Shown here: positions 54,673-64,000 of the stretch, piece after piece | Layout: every line of letters starts with the position of its first letter | Position numbering within the stretch: the first letter of the stretch is position 1 | Assembly: GCA_951406725.2 (NCBI GenBank) | Contig: OX597835.1 | Coordinates: 7,130,001 to 7,194,000 of the forward strand | Reading direction: 5' to 3' | DNA length: 64,000 nucleotides | From: Octopus vulgaris | Lineage: Eukaryota | Notes under the pieces: model-generated | What the model was told of the DNA's origin: nothing | What the model saw: the letters and a program-made list of their open reading frames with translations, nothing else | Databases searched by the model: none | Program-made: the position numbers and the translations under genes

Positions 54673-55408
54673 CTAGCAGTATCGCCCGGCGTTGCTCAGG
54701 TTTGTAAGGGAAATAACTATAAAGCATTTTTAGAGAGTTATAGCCAAAAAATGGAAAAATATATGGTAATTTTTTTTTTGAGAGTTAAAAAAGGATGGAG
54801 TTGCGTCCCCTAGACAGTTTGTGGTTCGTGTTTCTGATTCTCGACCCCATGTCGAATTTATCGATTTTTTTCAGAACTGGCGGAACTTTTCAAAATGTTG
54901 GCTGCGTTAGTTTTGAATTATGACGTTGGGCTATGTGTGTGTCAAGTTTCATCAGAATCGGTTGAAAGCCGTGGTCAGGGTGAGGGTACAAGCAAACAGA
55001 CACACAGAAACACGCACAGACAAACTGCCGTTTATATATAGACTAGCAGTATCGCCCGGCGTTGCTCGGGTTTGTAAGGGAAATAACTACAAAGCATTTT
55101 TAGAGAGTTATAGCTAAAAACTGGAAAAAAAAATGATGGTAAATTTTTTTTAGTTAAAAAGGTCGAGTTGCGTCCCCTAGACAGTCTGTGGTTTGTGTTT
55201 CCGATTCTCGACCCCATGTCGAATTTATCGATTTTTTTTTTAGAACTGGGGGAACTTTTCAAAATTTTCGCTGCGTTAGTTTTGAATTATGACATTGGGC
55301 TATGTGTGTGTCAAGTTTCATCAGAATCGGTTGAAAGCCGTGGTCAGGGTGAGGGTACAAGCAAACAGACACACAGAAACACGCACAGACAAACTGCCGT
55401 TTATATAT

Positions 55409-55411
<3 letters not shown>
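54673..55411 (-). mobile_element. Non-autonomous Helitron, head-to-tail dimer (~370-bp units)
   Basis: Minus strand starts TC, ends hairpin CCCGAGCAACGCCGGG..CTAG; inserted between A and T; junction CTAG|TC at 55042/55043. Confidence 0.88.
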
Positions 55412-55447
<36 letters not shown>

Positions 55448-55693
55448 CATACATCTACATACATACCCATGCAGATGCGCACACACGTAGACAAAATCAC
55501 ATACATAAGCACTTACATACATTACGTGCATATATGTTCACATATGTACGCACATATACGCATACAACTATATATATATATATATATATATACATTTTAC
55601 ACATAAAAATAAATAAATAAAATATATATATATATATATATAATTGATATAAACATCAGGTTGCAATGTTTGTTTTCCCAAACAGCAAAACTA

Positions 55694-56581
55694 TTGGGTT
55701 GTCCGGAAAGTTCGTGCCGATTGTTAAAGGGAAGTAAAAGGTCAATAAATACTTGCTATTAAATTTTTAATTAAACCAAATTTGAACCATTTGTTGCACA
55801 GTGCATCTCCATCTTTCCTTTAACTTGAAAATACCCTCTTCCCTGAATTGAGGTGGTTTCATGGCAAAGAATTCCTCAAGATTATCTTTTTACGTCATCC
55901 AAGGAATTGAAATTTTTACAATTAAGACTATTCTGCAGAGACCTGAAGAAGTGGAAATCTGAAGGAGTAATATCTTGTGAATATGGAGGACGGGGAGACA
56001 CATCACAGTCGAACTGCAGCAATTTTTGCCTGGTTCCCAAATTATCATGTTGGAAAATAACACCCTTACTGTTGGCCGATTCTGGACGTTTGTCTTGGAT
56101 TGCTCCTTTTAACTCGTCCAGTTGTGTGCAGTATTTCTCAGAGTTAATTGTCTGGTTACTTGGGAAAAGCTCATAGTAGAGAATTCCTTTCCAATCCCAC
56201 AAGACACAAAGTAAGTCTTTTTAGGGTGAAGACCCGATTTTGGGGTGGCTAAGGGTGACTCATGTCGCTTACTCAAGGATTAGTTCCTCTAAACATTTCG
56301 GCAGATAATTCATTTCTCATCACCTCTCACAATTTGCTTTAAAAAAGGCGCGTTTTCATTCCGTTTATAAAGCGAATCACAGATGGAAATGCGATCCAAA
56401 AGGTTCCTCTCACTCAATTCATGTTGTACCCAAAAATCGTAGCGATTTGTGTACCCAAGCTTTACCAGGTGCTCATGAACGACGGATTTTGATAGGTTGA
56501 AGCTTTCTGCCAATTCTCGGGTTGTGCAATGTGGGTTATGCGATTATGAGTTCCACTAGGCCACCCTCCCTCGCACGTCCC

Positions 56582-56582
<1 letters not shown>
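55694..56582 (-). mobile_element. Mariner (DD34D) transposon remnant with one TIR
   Basis: WVQHEL, IVRGDEK, WDWKGILYYEL, QHDN and YSQDITPSDFHFFRSLQN motifs; TA-TTGGGTTGTCCGGAAAGTTCGTGCCGAT end; frameshifted, N-terminus lost. Confidence 0.92.
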
Positions 56583-56659
<77 letters not shown>

Positions 56660-56774
56660 GTACAAATAACATTATTAATAAAGAGAATGGAGATTTGCAC
56701 ATTGTTAATTTATCATACGGTTATATACAGCGTATTTACAGCACACTACCATATATATATATATATATATATAC

Positions 56775-56837
<63 letters not shown>

Positions 56838-57185
56838 GTTATTTATATGTATATGTGTACATTCGGTGAGCACGTACGTGCGGCATTAGTTTCTCATATA
56901 TTCTAGTTTTCTTTGAAAATCCAAGAAATTCGTAAAAGCTTATCCATTTCTCCTTCTTTGGAATCAGATTAATGTTTGTCAGAATTTAATCCGCACTGAT
57001 TACATCAACTTATTTCGTTATCTTCATAATATCCAGAATTTTTTTACCTTCATCATTGGAAAGTTTACACAGACATGTGTATATGCGTGTGTGTGCTTTA
57101 TCACACGCACACACACACTCACACACTCGTATATATACATATATATATATATACATATTCATATACATATATATACATATATATA

Positions 57186-57226
<41 letters not shown>

Positions 57227-57278
57227 ATACATATATACATACATCTACATGTATATATATGTATATTTATATATATAT

Positions 57279-57327
<49 letters not shown>

Positions 57328-57579
57328 TAGATAGATAGAAAGATAGATAGATAGGTAGATAGATAGGTATACATGTGTGCATGTGTGTATACATATACAT
57401 ATAAACATATACATATATATACATGTATATATTTAGATGGATAGATGGATGGTTGGAAAGATGGATGGATAGAGAGGGAGAGAGAAAAAGTGAGAGAGAT
57501 TAAGAGAGGGAGAAATAGATATAGATGTAGATAAGGATATACTATATTATATTATATGATATATGATATTATATATCAT

Positions 57580-57782
57580 ATTCTCTTTTAGATTTTACTT
57601 CAGTCATTGGAGTGCTGCCAAACTGGGACACCTTCTGGAAGATTCTTGTCGAAGAAAATCGACACCAGAGCCTTTATATTTTTTAAATCCGATAGTTATT
57701 CCACATTTCGCTTTCAGTGAAATCGCTAATTTACGGATGCGTAACGAAACAAACACCGGTTGTCAAACATACACGAGCACAA

Positions 57783-57813
<31 letters not shown>

Positions 57814-57900
57814 AACACAGAACGGGTGTCCACCACACGGTTCCTGTCCACCAAACTCATTTACAAGGCATTTGTTGGTCTGAATCTACAGTCGAAGGTA
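57580..57900 (-). mobile_element. Old SINE family B copy
   Basis: TTTTACTTCAGTCATTGG..AAACACCGGTTGTCAA..TTTACAAGGCATTTGTTGG. Confidence 0.6.
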
Positions 57901-58006
57901 CGTACCTACCCAAGAGACCGCTCACAAAGCTACGCGATTACAAAATGAGCTTCTTATCCGTACATACCTACGCTTATCTCTCTACCTATCCGTTTGTCCA
58001 TCCATA

Positions 58007-58075
<69 letters not shown>

Positions 58076-58271
58076 GTCTGTCTGTCTCTCTGTTTGTTTG
58101 TTTATCTGTCTATCTGTCTATCTGACTATCTATATGTCTGTCTATCTATCTGTTTGTCTGTATGTCTGTCTGTTTGTCTGTCTATCTGTATGTCTATCTA
58201 TCTGTTTGTCTGTCTGTCTCTTTTGCGAAGTTTCTCGCTATATTTATCTATCTAACTATCTCTATCTCTCT

Positions 58272-58326
<55 letters not shown>

Positions 58327-58333
<7 letters not shown>

Positions 58334-58598
58334 ATCACGTGACCGACCAGACCATCAGATGTTTTACACATCGCTGGTCACAATGCGTTCGCATTGTTTT
58401 AGCCTTCGAATGACGCCACCCCGCTGGCTAAGCGAGCAGGCCAACAGAAGAAAGAGTGGGAGAAAGTGTGGTGAAAGAGTACAGCAGGGATCACGATCCC
58501 CTGCCGGAGCCTCGTGGAGCTTTTAGGTGTTTTCGCTCAATAAACACTCACAACGCCCGGTCTGGGAATCGAAACCGCGATCCTACGACCGCGAGTCC
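58327..58598 (-). mobile_element. SINE family C, tail type 2, both ends in (TA)n
   Basis: Collinear with 22591-22830. Confidence 0.9.
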
Positions 58599-58893
58599 AC
58601 ATATATATATATATATATATCCACCTTTGTATCTGTCTGTGTGTCTGTCTATTTATCTATGTATCTGTCTGTTTGGTGAAACTTGAAGCCAAACCTGGCC
58701 CCCAAATAATCACCAACGGATCGTCTCAATGAAAGGTATTCAAAAATATTGTCCTAGTTAATGCAAGCGGTCATGTATATGGGGTTGGTCACAGCTGGAG
58801 CGTCTTTGATCATATGTGTTTGCTACATCAGGGACGCTCTTGAACCGAGCAACCGGGAACAACAGTGTGATCAACCTTAGGGTTGTTATCGCT

Positions 58894-58916
58894 GTCATCA
58901 TCACCATCGTCATCGA

Positions 58917-58963
<47 letters not shown>

Positions 58964-59063
58964 ACATCATCATCATCATCGTCATCATTATCATCATCGT
59001 CATCATCGTCATCATCATCATCATCACCACCACCACCATCATCATCATCATCCCCACCACCAC

Positions 59064-59131
<68 letters not shown>

Positions 59132-59210
59132 TCACCACCACCACCACCATCATCATCATCACCACCACCACCATCATCATCATCACCATCATCATCACCA
59201 TCATCATCAC

Positions 59211-59265
<55 letters not shown>

Positions 59266-59537
59266 GTCATCTTCATCCACTCGTTTCCAGTTCATATTTG
59301 CAGAAACACGGTGTAAGAAGTGCAGGAAGTGAGGGGGGTTGGGGGCGAAGACAAAGCCGTGTCGATATCAGCATAATGATTGATCGATCTGCTCTGCATT
59401 ATTGATGACACCGGAGAAGAGACGGAAGAACCATCTTCTAATGACGTCGTTATGCCATCATCATCATCAACAGCAGCAGCATTTGTTTGACAATTTCAGT
59501 GCCCCTCCTCATCCTCCTTATCATCATCACTACCACC

Positions 59538-59569
<32 letters not shown>

Positions 59570-60008
59570 TATCATCATCATCATCACCATCATTATCATC
59601 ATCATCTTCACCATCATTATCGTCATCATCATCATCGTCGTCGTTGCCATCGTCGTGGCAGTTGTCATCGTCGTCGTCATCATCATTATCATCGTTGTCG
59701 TCATCATCGTCATCGTCTCCGTGTTGGTCGTTGTCATCATAATCAACATCATCATCATCATCACCATCATCATCATTATCGTCGTCGTCGTCATCGTCTC
59801 CGTGTTGGTCGTTGTCATCATAATCAACATCATCATCATCACCATCATCATTATCGTCGTCGTCGTCATCGTGTTGGTCGTCGTCATCATAATCATCATC
59901 ACCATCACCACCACCACCACCATCATCATCATCATAATCATCATCATCACCATCGTCGTCGTCATCATCAGCATCAGCATCACCATCATCATCATCATCA
60001 TCATCATC

Positions 60009-60057
<49 letters not shown>

Positions 60058-60077
60058 CCATCACCACCACCACCACC

Positions 60078-60132
<55 letters not shown>

Positions 60133-60158
60133 CCACCACCACCACCACCATCCTCATT

Positions 60159-60199
<41 letters not shown>

Positions 60200-60290
60200 G
60201 ATCCTTCACCACCATCATCATCATCATCATCTTTGTCGTCATCGTGTTAGTCGTCGTCATCATAATTATCATGATCATCATCACCACTCC
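58894..60290. repeat. (ATC)n/(ACC)n/(GTC)n compound microsatellites
   Basis: Direct reading; source of the poly-H/D/M/S ORFs. Confidence 0.93.
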
Positions 60291-60407
60291 AACACATCAC
60301 TTTCCTCGCTTCGTCGCTTTCGATGTCCCTAACCCCACTTCACGATGATTTTAAACACTGAAGGAGATAATATAGGCGTGCTTAGAAAGAATAGTTGCTA
60401 GTATGTT

Positions 60408-61166
60408 CTTATTTCTTCACTGCCCACAAAGAGGCTAAACATAGAGAGGACAAACAATTACAGACAAACGAATTAAGTCGATTATATCAACCCCCAGTAC
60501 ATAACTGGTACTTATTTAATTTGGCAGCGAGCTGGTAGAAACGTTAGCACGCCGGGCGAAATGCTTAGCGGTATTTCGTCTGCGTTACGTTGTGAGTTCA
60601 AATTCCGCCGAGGTCGACTTTGCCTTTCATCCTTTCGGGGTCGATAAATTAAGTACCAGTTACGAACTGGGGTCGATGTAATCGACTTAATACCTATGTT
60701 TGTTCCATCTTGTTTGTTCCATCTGTGTTTAGCCCCTTTGTAGGTAATAAAGAAATAGGTATTTCGCCTGTCGTTACGTTGTGAGTTCAAATTCCGCCGA
60801 GGTCGACGTTGCCTTTCATCCTTTCGCGGTCGATAAATTAAGTACCAGTTACGAACTGGGGTCGATGTAATCGACTTAATACCTATGTATGTCCTTGTTT
60901 GTCCCCTCTATGTTTAGCCCCTTTGTGGGTAATAAAGAAATAGGTATTTCGTCTGCGTTACGTTGTGAGTTCAAATTCCGCCGAGGTCGACTTTGCCTTT
61001 CATCTTTACGGGGTGGATAAATTAAGTACCAGTTACGAACTGGGGTCGATGTAATCGACTTAATACCTATGTCTGTCCTTGTTTGTTCCATCTGTGTTTA
61101 GCCCCTTGTGGGTAATAAATAAATAGGTACTTATTTAATCGACCCCGAAATGATGAAAGGCAAAGT
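60408..61166 (-). mobile_element. SINE family A 3' part, interrupted by an opposite-strand SINE-A trimer
   Basis: Host reads through CTGGTACTTATTTAAT|CGACCCCGAAATGATGAAAGGC when 60521-61139 is removed. Confidence 0.82.
60521..61125 (+). mobile_element. SINE family A trimer with 14-bp TSD
   Basis: GGTACTTATTTAAT at 60507-60520 and 61126-61139; body restarts near 60758 and 60943. Confidence 0.9.
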
Positions 61167-61409
61167 TCTCTCAGAGAGCAGGTTGAATTTCTCCACCACA
61201 TTTCTTTTTTCTTTCCCGAACATTTTCAAAGGCTCGAAACAGTTTTCACACGTTTTTTTATTTTATTTTCTTTTTTAATTAAGATCGTTGAGAAACGAAT
61301 GTCCCTGTACTCCACGGTAAACGGTGTCGAGCCGTTGATAAGGTGTGAACTGACAACCATTCTGATAGTGGAGTCGGTAGTTCAATTAAAAATGACGGGA
61401 GAGATATTT

Positions 61410-61508
61410 AGAATGACGGAAGTGATAATGGTGAAGGAGATGCTGGCGATGATGAGGATGATGATGGAGATGATGATCATGATGAGGATGATGATGATTA
61501 TGGTAATA

Positions 61509-61553
<45 letters not shown>

Positions 61554-61652
61554 GTGCTGATGGTGATTATGATCATGATGATGGTGCTGATGGTGATGAT
61601 GATCATGATGAGGATGATGATGATTATGGTAATAAGGATGATTATGGTAATG

Positions 61653-61687
<35 letters not shown>

Positions 61688-61937
61688 AGTGAAGCGGCTG
61701 CGAAGGCAACGAAGCAGAAGGTGATGACAATAAAGCAGAGGATGATGACGAGGATGACGCTGACGATGATGATGATGATGATGAGGAGGAGGATGAAGGG
61801 AAGGAGGACAACGGGGAAGAAGAGGGAAGGGAGGTGGAGATGGAGTATGGTGGGAGGAAGGTGAGGAGTGGAAAAGAAACAGGATGATGACGGTTGTGAT
61901 GATGATGATGATGATGATGATGATGGTGATGGTGATG

Positions 61938-61988
<51 letters not shown>

Positions 61989-62604
61989 CTTAGTGATAAA
62001 TGATGTTCATAATGTTGTTGACATAGAAATTATGCCGTAACTTGATAACCAAAAATCACTCGCTGATGATAATTGTGCTCCTCCTACCGATGATTCTCTA
62101 CTGACTTTTCCCCCCTCTTCCTCTTCCACATCCCTATTCTCCTCCTCCTCCTTAATTTACTGCTAATTTCATTTCCAATATCACTCCTTCAACTACCAGC
62201 AGCAGTAGCAGCAGCAGCAGCACCACCACCACCACCACCACCACCACCACAACAACAACAACCACAACCATCATCATCTTCATCATCATCATCATCACCA
62301 TCATAATCATCAGGATAATCACCACAACCACCACTGCCACTACCGGAGTAACCATCACTATAGACACCACCACCATCGCCATCGCCATCGCCATCGCCAA
62401 CACTGCCACCAGCAACATCATTGTCATCATTACCACTCTCACCACCACCACCACCACCACCACCACCACCACCACCACCACCACTACCGTCAACATCACA
62501 ACCACTGCTACAGCCACCACCATCATCACCACCAACACAACAACAACAGCACCACCATAAGAACAACTATCACTACCACTACCACCACCAAAACCACCAG
62601 CACC

Positions 62605-62636
<32 letters not shown>

Positions 62637-62680
62637 TACTATGTTCACCACCATCACCTCCACTTCTACCAATACCACCA
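61410..62680. repeat. (GAT)n and (CAC)n low-complexity tracts
   Basis: Direct reading. Confidence 0.9.
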
Positions 62681-63336
62681 TTGTCAATTCGATACTGTAT
62701 TACACTGCACTACACTGTGATTAAAACTATTGTTTCATTAATTACATTACTAATGATGTTTAGTGGAAGCGATTGACACTGATACAGCGAGGTAATTTAG
62801 CTAATTAGACTGTCAAAAAACAATCTGGCAAACAACTTGCCAACTCTCTCTTGCATTTCTTCTTGTACATCGTTTTAGAGATTTCTTGAAATGTCTGTCT
62901 GTATACTATGCATAACAGAGATTTTATGTGTGTAGTGACAGCTCATACTGAATGCTGCAGAAATTACACAAAAATGGTCCAAGATAAATTACGCATAGTG
63001 GTCCGTGGTGTATTTGGTCTAAAGTCGTATGACAACCACCGTTATATATATTTTGTTTATTCATTACTGTTTTCAATTTCGTTTTCGTCTCTTGTATTTA
63101 CATCCGTCTTGTGCATTCACATTCCTGTCTTCTACCAAGAAATCTAATGCTTACAGCTTAGTTTTTTTTTCTTGGGGCTGGCCGAGTTGGAGCAAATATC
63201 AGAATTGAACAGCCGAAATTTGCTATGATGATTCGGTGTCTGACTGAAGATTGAAGGCTTCGAATGATTTGTCTGTGTTCCGTGTTCGTCCCTTCCTGTA
63301 TTTCACGTTCATTATATATAAAAACATTCATTCTTT

Positions 63337-63382
<46 letters not shown>

Positions 63383-63387
63383 CATTT

Positions 63388-63650
63388 AAATAATGAGGGA
63401 GATAAATTAATATTAATTCCAATATCAATTTAAAACCAGTAGTCTAGCATACAAAAAATCTGAGAAGTCAGAGAAAATTCTAATATATGTGTATATTGGC
63501 AGGGCAAGACTGCTAGGTAGTCGGCCGTATGCTAGAAATAGATCATCAACGATCATACTACAAAGAAAGTTCTCTAGAGGAAAAATTCAGCGCACACCAG
63601 AACCAAATTTGGCGGGTAGGACAGATGAAAATTTATATAAAAAACAGTAA

Positions 63651-63655
<5 letters not shown>
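63388..63655 (-). mobile_element. Distant relative of the 3' part of the HH1 508-bp unit
   Basis: ATCAATTTAAAACCAGTAGTCTAGCATA..TATGCTAGAAATAGA versus ATCAATTAAGACCAGTGGTCTAGCATA..CATGCTAGATATAGA (19294-19413); between (TA)n tracts. Confidence 0.65.
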
Positions 63656-63738
<83 letters not shown>

Positions 63739-63785
63739 ACTTCTATGGGTATAAGTAAGTATTTCATTTATTTCTTTGCCGCATT

Positions 63786-63839
63786 TATCACTGACGAAGA
63801 GAAGGTTCGTATGAATTAACTCTGAAATCGGGTCTGATA
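63786..63839 (+). ncRNA. Minimal type I hammerhead (HH5)
   Basis: TATCA-CTGACGA-AGAG..CTCT-GAAA-TCGG-GTC-TGATA; stem I 5 bp, stem II 4 bp, weak stem III. Confidence 0.7.
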
Positions 63840-64000
63840 TGATAATAACGGAATTTTTTTTAGAAATTTCTGTCGGCTTTCTTCGAAACGCGTGCTTGTA
63901 GTGATGAATTATATGCTTATGGACGATGTGTCTGGTTTCGGCATATTTGACATTAGATCTTTTTTCTTTTGTCCTTGTTTATAAGTTGTTTAGAAATTCA

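Noticed and set aside
59402-60250. 282-aa His-rich ORF
   Set aside because: (CAT)/(CAC) microsatellite open in several frames on both strands; no signal peptide or non-repetitive domain

Overview
Eukaryotic, AT-rich, repeat-saturated non-coding DNA (intron or gene desert). The SINE repertoire and the (TA)n/(CA)n/(TAA)n/(ATC)n density suggest an Octopus genome; this is recognition from memory, not a search. I can support no host protein-coding gene, and the long ORFs are microsatellite read-throughs. The window contains about 35 copies or fragments of several tRNA-derived SINE families, decayed Tc1/mariner transposases and MITEs, non-autonomous Helitrons, an RTE LINE 3' end, R4/Dong-like LINE fragments in (TAA)n tracts and a Penelope-like (PLE) GIY-YIG fragment. 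The most notable signal is nine type I hammerhead ribozyme motifs from about five unrelated repeat families. One family forms a near-identical 508-bp head-to-tail array with one hammerhead per unit plus an inverted partial unit (19.26-20.54 kb), a candidate retrozyme / circular-RNA-producing element. A second notable signal is a ~560-bp non-tRNA element that sits in (TAA)n in both copies and is a candidate non-autonomous partner of the Dong-like LINE. All folding and translations were done by eye.
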